This document shows, in pieces, positions 27,272-36,300 of a DNA stretch of 64,000 nt. The stretch is from a virus: IMG/VR virus record IMGVR_UViG_3300032238_000599, positions 64,001-128,000 of that record; one strand, 5' to 3'. The stretch's first letter is position 1. The number at the start of each line of letters is the position of its first letter. The notes under the pieces are model-generated. The model had not been told where the DNA came from and did no database searches. It worked only from the letters and a program-made list of their open reading frames with translations. The translations under genes and the position numbers were made by a program.

Positions 27272-28954
27272 ATGAGAAAAATCTTTAGCGTACCATTAAA
27301 TCCAAAACTAAACGAACAACAATTTAACGAGTTTTATGAGTTTTTAAAAACTTATAAAGACTACATTCGTGACGTATATTTTACTAGCCGAATTGCTCCA
27401 TTTAAGCAAGACGCAATGGGTGATGTATTCTTTATTCAAGAAGATGAAAGCCAAGCAATTCATGCGGCACTACATATTCAGCGTACACTAGACATTCCTG
27501 TTAGCGCAACCTTTAACAATATCAATGTTCCGCCTACGCAACAAAACTTAGATTTGTTTATTAAAAACTTTAAACCATTGTATGATGCTGGGGTACGCAA
27601 TGCTACTATTCCACACACACATTGGATGGCAACAGGACAAATTAAACGTGCATTTCCAGACTTGTATGTTAAAAACACAATCCTACGTAATGTAACAACA
27701 GCACAAGAAGTAGTTAATCTTGCAGGCTATGGGTTTGACTACATTAACCTTGATAGAGATTTAATGCGTAACAGAGATGCACTATTACAAATTAAAAAAG
27801 CCAAGCAATATGTTAAAGATACAATGGGCAAAGACATTGCTATTAGCCTGTTAGCTAATGAGGGATGTGCTGGTGGTTGTTCAATGATGGATGAACACTA
27901 TCACTTTAACAACACTAGAGATAGTGCTCGTCCGCAATACTTTAACGATCCTATTAGTCGTGTTAGTTGCCCAAGTTGGGACGTACAAGATCCCGCTATC
28001 TTCTTAAAACGTGCAAACTTTACTCCATGGAGAGCAGATTGGGACGAGTTTATCGATGAGCTAGGCATTGATAGTATTAAAATGCATGGTAGAGAAGCAC
28101 CTACTCGCCTATACGAAACTATGGATATGATTGAACGTTATGCGGCTGGAGAAGAATTACTGTACCCTACATTTGAACAATACCTAGAAGACACTAATCT
28201 AGCAGAAAAGCCTATTACTGTATGGCGTGAAAAAATTAAAAATTGTAAGTTTGAATGTTGGGATTGTCAATATTGTGATAAAGTCTACAAAGCCAAGTCA
28301 GATATAGAAGCTAGTGAACTAGTTAAACACGTAGCAGCCTGCATCGAACAAAGTGGTGTACCTACAATTAAGTTAGATATTCCAGGATTAACTAGCATTC
28401 GTGTACAATCATTGCTTAATAGATTAGCGCAAGGTGTAGATACTTACTTAGAAGTGGGCACAGCATTAGGCGCAACATTCTGCGCGGTAATCAAAGACAA
28501 TCCAATTACTGCTATTGCTATTGATAACTGGGTTGACAATGTACAACCTCGTAATGAAGGGCGTGTTGCTATGCCACAAAACGACATTCAAGTATTTGCA
28601 GAGAATGTACGCAAGTATCAAGGCAATAGTAAAATTACAGTATTGAATGGTAATTGTTTTAATACAGATGTTACACCATTTGCAGGACAAGTTAAGATGT
28701 TTTTCTATGATGGCCCTCATGAAGTTGAGGCATGTAAGCTAGCAATGACACACTTTGCTCCTGCGCTAGCAGAAGAAGCTATTGTAATTTTTGATGATGC
28801 CAACTGGAATAATGTAGTTGAAGGTGCAAAGCAAGGCATTGAAGCCGCAGGACTAAAAGTCAGCTATGAAAAAATACTATTAAATGATGAAGAAGATGCT
28901 AACGCTTGGTGGAACGGTTTGTATATTGCAGTCGTGAGGAAACCTAATGATTAA
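27272..28954 (+). CDS. Peptidase-U32-family-like Fe-S protein fused to a class I SAM methyltransferase (Methyltransf_24-like)
   Basis: N-terminal: INLDRDL, LLANEGCAGGC, DSIKMHGRE (cf. U32 LKIEGR), CKFECWDCQYC. C-terminal: YLEVGTALGAT, FFYDGPH, IFDDANW. Confidence 0.65.
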   Translation: MRKIFSVPLNPKLNEQQFNEFYEFLKTYKDYIRDVYFTSRIAPFKQDAMGDVFFIQEDESQAIHAALHIQRTLDIPVSATFNNINVPPTQQNLDLFIKNFKPLYDAGVRNATIPHTHWMATGQIKRAFPDLYVKNTILRNVTTAQEVVNLAGYGFDYINLDRDLMRNRDALLQIKKAKQYVKDTMGKDIAISLLANEGCAGGCSMMDEHYHFNNTRDSARPQYFNDPISRVSCPSWDVQDPAIFLKRANFTPWRADWDEFIDELGIDSIKMHGREAPTRLYETMDMIERYAAGEELLYPTFEQYLEDTNLAEKPITVWREKIKNCKFECWDCQYCDKVYKAKSDIEASELVKHVAACIEQSGVPTIKLDIPGLTSIRVQSLLNRLAQGVDTYLEVGTALGATFCAVIKDNPITAIAIDNWVDNVQPRNEGRVAMPQNDIQVFAENVRKYQGNSKITVLNGNCFNTDVTPFAGQVKMFFYDGPHEVEACKLAMTHFAPALAEEAIVIFDDANWNNVVEGAKQGIEAAGLKVSYEKILLNDEEDANAWWNGLYIAVVRKPND

Positions 28955-30473
28955 TAAAGTCAGACGTATTACAATATTTGGTGGTGGAACTAGTGGTTGG
29001 TTAAGTGCCGCATACTTGTCACGCAACCTAAAGATACCTGCAGAAATTACACTAATTGAAGATACTAGTCTAGGACCCATTGGTGTAGGAGAAGGCACAC
29101 AGCCTATGACTGCTCGGTTTCTACATGAGTGTGGAATTGAACCCAAAGACTGGTTAAAAGACAGCAATGCTGTGTTCAAATATGGTGTTGAACTTATTGG
29201 ATGGAATGACGAGCCTTACTTTGTAGACAATGATGTGCCTATTAACTGTATTGTAGGCAGTAAGTTGTTTACCAGCGATTACTTTATTGACAAACCCTAC
29301 AGCGAAGTTGCCGCGTGGCACCCTGCTTATCAACTAGCCAAGGCAAATGTGTCTAGCAAGTTTGACGAATACCTCGACGTTAATCACGGTAGTGGACCCG
29401 AAAGTTATGGTGCTGTACACTTTGATGCTTATGCTATCCTACGTAGTATTAAAAACATCTTAGGCGACAGTATCAAACACATTGACACAAAGATTACAGA
29501 CATTAGACAAGACGTCTACGGCATTACAGAACTTGTAGGTGTCGATGGAACCAAGTATACTGCTGACTTGTTTGTTGATTGCAGTGGATTTCAAAGTCTG
29601 TTACTAGAAAAAACACTAAAAAGCCCCTTCACAAGTTACAGTAACATTTTACCTTGTGACAGCGCAGTAGTATTTCAGACACAGTATAAGGATCCGCAGA
29701 AAGAATGTCATCCATATACTAAAGCAACTACAATGAACGCTGGATGGCGTTTTACTATTCCCACATTTAAACGTGTAGGTAACGGGTATGTTTACAGTAG
29801 CAAACACATTACACCTGAGCAAGCTGAACAAGAAATGCGTGAAGCGTTAGGTGAGTTTGAAGCACCAGCAAGACATTTAAAAATGAAGTGTGGCGTACAC
29901 AAAGAAACAGCAGTTAAAAATGTCTGTGCTGTAGGACTTGCCGCTGGATTTATTGAACCCTTAGAAGCAACAGGCATTACATTTACTACAGCCGCAGTTA
30001 AATCGTTAACAGAATTACTAAACATGACTAACAATGTTTGGAATGATTTCTGCAGACAAAACATCAATCGCGGGTTTTACGAAATGACGACTGAGATTCT
30101 AGCATTTGTATGGGCACATTACCATTTCAGTAGCCGCAATGACACTGAGTTTTGGCAAGACATACGTAAGCAAGAGTTAAAAAATGCACCCAAAGAAGTT
30201 CAAGAAATACTAAGTTTCTTTTTGCCACGACCCCAGAAATATATCTTTATAAATCCTAGTAGTATGTTCTGTAACTTTCAGTGGTTTACCATGTTACATG
30301 CAGGTGGCGCATACAAGAATGTTGCTAGCGATCTAAGTGAAAAACAAAAAGCCTATACTAAGTATTTCTTAGATAGCCACACAGCTAGAGTAAATCTAGC
30401 TAAAGAAACATTCCCTAATCAATATGACTATTTAGAAACATGGTACACTGATTGGGACTTATCGGAGTTTTAA
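28947..30473 (+). CDS. Flavin-dependent halogenase, tryptophan halogenase (PrnA/RebH) family
   Basis: GGGTSG FAD motif, PIGVGEGT, catalytic-Lys context NAVFKYG, DLFVDCSGF, GWRFTIP, GFIEPLEATG. Confidence 0.85.
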   Translation: MINKVRRITIFGGGTSGWLSAAYLSRNLKIPAEITLIEDTSLGPIGVGEGTQPMTARFLHECGIEPKDWLKDSNAVFKYGVELIGWNDEPYFVDNDVPINCIVGSKLFTSDYFIDKPYSEVAAWHPAYQLAKANVSSKFDEYLDVNHGSGPESYGAVHFDAYAILRSIKNILGDSIKHIDTKITDIRQDVYGITELVGVDGTKYTADLFVDCSGFQSLLLEKTLKSPFTSYSNILPCDSAVVFQTQYKDPQKECHPYTKATTMNAGWRFTIPTFKRVGNGYVYSSKHITPEQAEQEMREALGEFEAPARHLKMKCGVHKETAVKNVCAVGLAAGFIEPLEATGITFTTAAVKSLTELLNMTNNVWNDFCRQNINRGFYEMTTEILAFVWAHYHFSSRNDTEFWQDIRKQELKNAPKEVQEILSFFLPRPQKYIFINPSSMFCNFQWFTMLHAGGAYKNVASDLSEKQKAYTKYFLDSHTARVNLAKETFPNQYDYLETWYTDWDLSEF

Positions 30474-30914
30474 ATGTTAAAAAAATTAACCACAACTAGC
30501 TATGAAATTTACGAAGTTGAGCAACGTGAGTCCACTGACGATAACTATCTAGCAGTAAAAATTTGGAAAGATAGACAAAAGCTACGCCGCTGGCTTATTG
30601 GCTTAATGAACGACCGAGAAGTTATTCTTACTTGGCGCGACAGCGGACAAGAAGTAACCGCAGTAGCTACCCGTAAGTTAGGCAAATATGATATTGCACC
30701 AGTATTACCATCAGATGACGACATGCCTAAGATTAAAGATATTGTTAATCGAGAAGAAGTAGAAGAAATTCGTCACATAGCGTTTTATTCTATGCCTGAC
30801 AAGCAAATTATTGCAGTTTATTTAGACGACATTAGTCACTTTATTGTGTCTAATGAAGGCTTAAAAGAGCTAACAAATAAGCTAGTTGCAGCCGAACCTT
30901 TAATCACAGTATGA
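30474..30914 (+). CDS. Hypothetical protein
   Basis: 146-aa ORF abutting the upstream gene and overlapping the downstream one; GGAG SD. Confidence 0.55.
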   Translation: MLKKLTTTSYEIYEVEQRESTDDNYLAVKIWKDRQKLRRWLIGLMNDREVILTWRDSGQEVTAVATRKLGKYDIAPVLPSDDDMPKIKDIVNREEVEEIRHIAFYSMPDKQIIAVYLDDISHFIVSNEGLKELTNKLVAAEPLITV

Positions 30915-32095
30915 AAAGACGATTAGGAATCATCGGCGGCGGCACCGCAGGTATAATGAGTTTATGCCATTTTCTAACTTATTTGGACAGCGAGTGGGAA
31001 GTTGTCTTAGTCTACGATCCTACAGCAGATATATTTGATGCACCAACTAGTGCTACTCCGGGATTTGTATCTGTCCTAGAAAGAGCATTTAATTTTAGTT
31101 TATTAGATACTTTGGAACCTCTCAATGCTACACTAAAGTTTGGTTCCATTTGGAAAAATTGGAGGCAGCAAACATTTAATTTGCCTAACATTGGAGGCAA
31201 TGCGGCTATACATTTTGATAGTCTTAAATTTAGAGACTATGTACTACCTAAATTAGAAGAGCATTGGCCTAATAAATTTAAATCTATCACAGGACATCTT
31301 GACAGTCTTACAAATAAAGAAACACATGTTAGTGCCGTAGTCAACGGTGTTGAACACGTATTCAATTATGCTATGGACTGTCGTGGCGCACCTAATGACT
31401 GGGCGGACTATGAAGTATTAACTGATATGCCAGTTAATCATTCTTTTGTTCACAGTAAGAAATCGCCAGGTGACTGGACATATTCTGGGCAGAATGCAAC
31501 TCCTTATGGTTGGATGTTTGAAATTCCCTTAGGTGATAGGCAATGCTATGGATATCATTACAATGATAATATCACTAGCAAAGAAGATGCATTGGCAAAT
31601 TTTGCAGAAATTATCAACGTCCCAGTTGAAGAATTGACAGTAACAGAATATCAATATAAAAGCTATTATGCAAACAAAGTGTTTGACGGCAGGATAATGA
31701 AGAACGGGAATCGAGCTGTATTCTTTGAACCTATTAGTGCAAACTCTGTTTACATTTTTGATCAAGCCAACAGAATTTTTTATGCTTATTTGGCTAACAA
31801 TATCAAAACCCCTGAAATTGTAAATCGAGAGTTTGTAAAAGTAGCAAATGATTTGCGAGAATTAATTTGCTATTACTATCACGGTGGTAGTATATACGAC
31901 ACTAAATTCTGGGACTATGCTAAAGAAGTTACCGGCAACGTTATTAGAAAAAGTGAAACAATTAAAGAAATTAGTTCCCAGTGTAAAAATTGGGTAGATA
32001 AACAAGCACCAGTTTATGCCCCAACTTGGTTTTTTACAGGTATACAACTTTACCATTTAGACAAAAATTTTGGCTACGGGTATTTTTCACAATAA
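30911..32095 (+). CDS. Second, shorter and divergent tryptophan-halogenase-like flavoprotein
   Basis: GGGTAG, NATLKFG, MDCRG, GWMFEIP, FFEPISANS. Confidence 0.75.
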   Translation: MKRRLGIIGGGTAGIMSLCHFLTYLDSEWEVVLVYDPTADIFDAPTSATPGFVSVLERAFNFSLLDTLEPLNATLKFGSIWKNWRQQTFNLPNIGGNAAIHFDSLKFRDYVLPKLEEHWPNKFKSITGHLDSLTNKETHVSAVVNGVEHVFNYAMDCRGAPNDWADYEVLTDMPVNHSFVHSKKSPGDWTYSGQNATPYGWMFEIPLGDRQCYGYHYNDNITSKEDALANFAEIINVPVEELTVTEYQYKSYYANKVFDGRIMKNGNRAVFFEPISANSVYIFDQANRIFYAYLANNIKTPEIVNREFVKVANDLRELICYYYHGGSIYDTKFWDYAKEVTGNVIRKSETIKEISSQCKNWVDKQAPVYAPTWFFTGIQLYHLDKNFGYGYFSQ

Positions 32096-32098
32096 GTA
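32093..32098 (+). promoter_or_regulatory. Late promoter variant TAAGTA
   Basis: AATAAGTA lies 5 nt before the ATG at 32104, the same spacing as TAAATA before 43740 and 47412. Confidence 0.45.
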
Positions 32099-32103
32099 AT
32101 CAT

Positions 32104-32721
32104 ATGACATATCCACTAACCAACGACACTATAATGGCAACAGCATTAATGCCACCTTGGGCAAAACTAGACAATGTGTTTACTACAGAGGAACTAGATA
32201 GAATCATAGCCTACTGCTCACAGTTTCAATTAGATGCTGGCGTAATTGGTAGTTACAATAAACAGACTGTAGATAAAGAACTACGCAAAAGTCAAATTAA
32301 AATGCTAGAGCCCAATAGCGAAACACAATGGATTTTTGAAAGACTAAATGCGGCAATATTTGATGCTAATAATTTCTTTTTTAGATTTAACATAGTAGGT
32401 TACGACTTCTTACAGTACACAGAGTACAGCACTTTCGGTGATAACTACGGTTTCCACACTGATATGAGCTACGGCAAAGACGGTCGCGCTGAACCACACG
32501 CTCATAGAAAACTAAGTTTCATTCTAGTACTAGCTGAAGAAACTGAATACCAGGGCGCAGAGTTAGAGTTCATGGTATCCACAGACGAAAAAGTTAAATG
32601 CGTCCAAAAAAAAGGTGACTTAATTTTATTCCCATCTTGGATACTACATCGCATTACTCCTATTATTAGTGGCAAACGTAAATCATTAGTTGGTTGGGTA
32701 ACAGGACCTAAATTCAAATGA
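32104..32721 (+). CDS. 2OG-Fe(II) oxygenase (prolyl-hydroxylase/PKHD-like)
   Basis: HTD (HxD), RKLSF, FPSWILHRITPI, RKSLVGW. Start moved to ATG 32104 to avoid overlap with the upstream gene. Confidence 0.85.
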   Translation: MTYPLTNDTIMATALMPPWAKLDNVFTTEELDRIIAYCSQFQLDAGVIGSYNKQTVDKELRKSQIKMLEPNSETQWIFERLNAAIFDANNFFFRFNIVGYDFLQYTEYSTFGDNYGFHTDMSYGKDGRAEPHAHRKLSFILVLAEETEYQGAELEFMVSTDEKVKCVQKKGDLILFPSWILHRITPIISGKRKSLVGWVTGPKFK

Positions 32722-33314
32722 CACAAATTAAACTTGTTCCTTTATTTCATTCTGATCTTTTTATCTTAGAAAACGTAGGTACTCGAGAACAAATCGATGC
32801 TCTAGTAAAACAAATTGCCGCCGAGAAAAAATCAGGCGCGGTAACACAGCCTCGCTCCAATGAAGGGTGCTGGCGAAGCAGTAGTATGTGGACTGATATT
32901 GATTGGTTATACAAACGTATTGAAGAATTATTACAAACTGCTATAGACCACTACACTAAAATTGATAATGATTTTAAACCAGGTCCTGGAGTTACAGTAG
33001 AACAATGGACAAATGTAAATGATCCTGGATCAAGAAATGTGTTTCACGCTCATAAGTCGGCAGCATTTTCAGTGTGCTACTACATGCAAGCATCTGGGAC
33101 CGGAGCATTACGGTTTGTAAATCCTAGTAACATTCTTAATGACTGCAATCACATAAGTCCCTTTACAAGAGGATTTCCTTACTATCCTAATGATAGAGAT
33201 TTAGTGTTGTGGCCAGCATGGCTTCCGCACGAAGTAGAACCAAACTTATCAAAAAAACAACGCATTAATATGGCGTTTGACATAACTTTTAAAGACACTA
33301 CATCTCCTCAATGA
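32718..33314 (+). CDS. Putative 2OG-Fe(II) oxygenase (TIGR02466-like)
   Basis: WTNVN...HAH...SVCYY, WPAWLPHEVEPN, RINMAFD. Confidence 0.8.
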   Translation: MTQIKLVPLFHSDLFILENVGTREQIDALVKQIAAEKKSGAVTQPRSNEGCWRSSSMWTDIDWLYKRIEELLQTAIDHYTKIDNDFKPGPGVTVEQWTNVNDPGSRNVFHAHKSAAFSVCYYMQASGTGALRFVNPSNILNDCNHISPFTRGFPYYPNDRDLVLWPAWLPHEVEPNLSKKQRINMAFDITFKDTTSPQ

Positions 33315-33347
33315 TAAGTAAATCAGCACTACATTGTAGTGCTTTTT
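33315..33347 (+). promoter_or_regulatory. TAAGTA motif followed by palindromic hairpin AGCACTAC-ATT-GTAGTGCT and a T run
   Basis: TAAGTA at 33315-33320; perfect inverted repeat at 33325-33343; then TTTT and the AAGGAG SD of the next gene. Confidence 0.5.
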
Positions 33348-33358
33348 AAGGAGAAAAG

Positions 33359-34399
33359 ATGGACTTCATCACAACTGTCCTGTTAAAGGACATTTCGTAT
33401 CTATGGATGATATTCTTCATTATGATCACTGCCGGACTAGCAAAAGAGTATCAACTCTTTGCCCCGGCATTTGCCTATGTAAGAAATACATTCCGTAGCA
33501 ATAAGTTCGTTGTAGTACTCTTAAGCGCAATTGGAGGAGTTCTTCCAATTGAAGGCCGAGTCACTGTGTCAGCAGGTTTGCTTGATACAGTAGCACCTAA
33601 GGAAGGGCATGGCCGCGAGAAGTTGGGTATTGTTGATTACTTGAGTACGCACCACTATTATCTGTGGAGCCCTCTTGAGAAAACAGTTATCCTACCTATT
33701 GCGGCGTTTGGTCTAACTTACGGTGCGTGGCTTGGCTTAATTGCACCCTTGTTAGTTGTCAGTTTTGTATTCATCGCTTGGTACATTTGGTCACAAGTAC
33801 ATGATGAAGAAATTACAATTACGCCCGGAAACTTTAAACTATCGGCAGTTTTACGCAATGTTTTACCAATGTTTATAGCCATTGGTTTTTACATCTATGA
33901 AAGCAAGTGGATGATTGCCTGTTTTGGTTTCCTAACACTATACTACATCATCATTAGCCAACAATGGAATATTAAGAAATTACTTTCTTATGTTCGATGG
34001 GATGTGTTAGCATGGGTAGGTGCAGTTATCGCATTAGGTAACTACATGAAAACTTATGATAGCGCATGGCAAACTATGCTAAAAGGAAGTATGCTCGACC
34101 CGCATACATTCGTAGGTATGGTAGCTATATCAGCTATTGGTTTCTTAGCTAGCTTCTTAATGGGTAGCAGTGGTAAATTTATTGCAATTGCCGTATTAAT
34201 GTCTCAAGTCTTCGGTGTTGAGTACTTTTTATGGTTCTTTGCTATTGACTTTGCTGGCTACTTAATTAGTCCTACACACAAATGTGTTATGATCGGTAAT
34301 CGATATTTTGGTACACCTGTGGGAACTTACTATAAAGCACTAGGAACCTGGGGAGGATTGTTGCTAGCAACTGCTGGCGCAATTACTTTCTTAAATTAA
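33359..34399 (+). CDS. Polytopic membrane protein, probable ion-transporter superfamily (DUF401/permease-like)
   Basis: Many hydrophobic segments in two halves; SP motifs (LWSPLEK, GYLISPTHKC) in equivalent positions; AAGGAG SD. Confidence 0.6.
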   Translation: MDFITTVLLKDISYLWMIFFIMITAGLAKEYQLFAPAFAYVRNTFRSNKFVVVLLSAIGGVLPIEGRVTVSAGLLDTVAPKEGHGREKLGIVDYLSTHHYYLWSPLEKTVILPIAAFGLTYGAWLGLIAPLLVVSFVFIAWYIWSQVHDEEITITPGNFKLSAVLRNVLPMFIAIGFYIYESKWMIACFGFLTLYYIIISQQWNIKKLLSYVRWDVLAWVGAVIALGNYMKTYDSAWQTMLKGSMLDPHTFVGMVAISAIGFLASFLMGSSGKFIAIAVLMSQVFGVEYFLWFFAIDFAGYLISPTHKCVMIGNRYFGTPVGTYYKALGTWGGLLLATAGAITFLN

Positions 34400-34840
34400 G
34401 TCGATTAAATCAAATACAGTCTGAAGTTTTGTTCGGATTGTTTTGTTTGAGAAACTGTTTCGAAGCCCCTGATGAAGGGGCTTTGGCGCATAATCAATTG
34501 TGCTCCATGCCCATGCACAATGTTCTTCGCTTAGTACAGGAATAAATTCATCTTGTATGACGCACAAGTAAGTATGAAAATTAAACACTCTATCATTACT
34601 CACAAAAGTTTCAAGTGGAATAGTTTTTAAAATTTTAGGATGGCTACCAATTTCTTCAGAGACTTCACGTTGTAACCCCTGCCAAGGTGTTTCACCTTCA
34701 ACGTTAGTGCCACCAACTAGCCCCCAAGTTCCCTTATGTTTGCCGTTGTTTTTTTGAAGTAATAAAAATCTTCCAGTAGACTTTGCGTAGAATAACGCAC
34801 CACTGCAAACAATTTGATCTGTTATAATTCTAGGGACCAT
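34391..34840 (-). CDS. NUDIX hydrolase
   Basis: Nudix box GGTNVEGETPWQGLQREVSEEIG. Confidence 0.85.
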   Translation of the reverse strand: MVPRIITDQIVCSGALFYAKSTGRFLLLQKNNGKHKGTWGLVGGTNVEGETPWQGLQREVSEEIGSHPKILKTIPLETFVSNDRVFNFHTYLCVIQDEFIPVLSEEHCAWAWSTIDYAPKPLHQGLRNSFSNKTIRTKLQTVFDLIDLI

Positions 34841-36300
34841 GATCCTGCTCTATACTCACCTTCAAAGGACTTGACCCATGCTAGGCCTGCCCATTTGTAC
34901 TGTACTCCAGTATATATGTTAGTTTGATAGACTGTTGGATCAGATTCGGAATGACTAGTTGAATTAAAAATTATATGCCATGTATCGCCATCCCACTCAA
35001 TAATGTCGTTTTCTTTAGCAACAAAATCACTGCCGTCATTATTTTTCCAAGCATCCGGACCATCATCGTTAGAATTGTCACCCAAGTCTTCAATAATTAA
35101 ATATCGAGTTCCTGCGCTAGGATTAAGTCCAGAACCTTTAGGTCCAGTTTTTTGAGGATCAATAATAGCATCAAAGGTTCCAGGACTACTTACACGAACA
35201 GTTGAATACTCGCCAAATCCTGCAATTAATGTATTGGTTGGGTAGGTATCTTGGTCCCATGATACACTCATTAACGTATCATCCATGGGATTTAATGCAA
35301 CAGTTCCGACTATCTCATGTCCATCGTCTTGTATTAATCTGATAATACTAAAACCTGCACGATACATTCCGGGATACTGATCTAAAACTGTACGCCAATT
35401 GATAGCGGGCCCTATTTTTTCTGCAATAGCAATAGCATCTCTTGATGGAATAACAGCTTCGTGAACATCTAATAATTTAGCAACCCCACCGTAAACTTGT
35501 AGACCAAAATTGCTAACTGTAGCGTGTGCTCGAGCAATTGGAGCATTTGGTAAATTAGTACTACCAGTAAGACCAGGATCGACCCCTAAGCCGTCGATAT
35601 AACCGTTATCTCCATAATTTGCACCAGTGAATACATTACTAATAATACTTGTAATAATACCCAATTGCTTTACTTTAACTGGAGGACTAATCCATACAGG
35701 TGTGCTAACAGTTAATGTAGCAATATCAATAGGACTATCTGCTCCTACCGGCACAGAGCGAGAACTAAAATTAGTACTATCTAGATTTAAAACACTTAAA
35801 CTTGTCCAGTCAATATAGTTGTCTGTTGTTTGTAACTCGACACTAGGATTAAACAACACTAGAATTTGTTCCATTAACTGTAATTTTTGTTCTGCACTAG
35901 TAGTCCACAAATCAACTTTTAAAGTTAACTTATACGGAGTAGGCATTAGGCGCTCAACAGTATAGTTCTCACCTTGTTCTCCAGTGTATTCGTAGTTTCC
36001 TGTACTTGGGTTGATCCAAGTATTACGCTCACGAATATGTACTTTACCTACATATGTTTGATCAGCAAGTCTAGATGTATCTAGTTCTAATCCACTAATA
36101 TAAACAGCAATTCGTGGTGCAGAATTAATTTTGTTATCTGAGTTTTGTCTAATAATATTAGCAACTTGTCTATCTTGATCGCCATACATTACTGGTACAC
36201 GCACAAGTGTACCGTCACTATATTGAACTACAAAGTTACTAAAAAAACGTATAACTTGTACAATATATCGTCTTATCTGTCCGTCATAAAAATATTGCAT
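34822..36300 (-). CDS. gp15: Tail sheath stabilizer/tail completion protein (T4 gp15-like) with C-terminal extension
   Basis: N-terminal YFYDGQIRRY...FSNF, VPVMYG, MPTPYKL, QLMEQILVLFNP resemble gp15; located next to the neck genes. Confidence 0.7.
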   Translation of the reverse strand: MQYFYDGQIRRYIVQVIRFFSNFVVQYSDGTLVRVPVMYGDQDRQVANIIRQNSDNKINSAPRIAVYISGLELDTSRLADQTYVGKVHIRERNTWINPSTGNYEYTGEQGENYTVERLMPTPYKLTLKVDLWTTSAEQKLQLMEQILVLFNPSVELQTTDNYIDWTSLSVLNLDSTNFSSRSVPVGADSPIDIATLTVSTPVWISPPVKVKQLGIITSIISNVFTGANYGDNGYIDGLGVDPGLTGSTNLPNAPIARAHATVSNFGLQVYGGVAKLLDVHEAVIPSRDAIAIAEKIGPAINWRTVLDQYPGMYRAGFSIIRLIQDDGHEIVGTVALNPMDDTLMSVSWDQDTYPTNTLIAGFGEYSTVRVSSPGTFDAIIDPQKTGPKGSGLNPSAGTRYLIIEDLGDNSNDDGPDAWKNNDGSDFVAKENDIIEWDGDTWHIIFNSTSHSESDPTVYQTNIYTGVQYKWAGLAWVKSFEGEYRAGSWSLEL

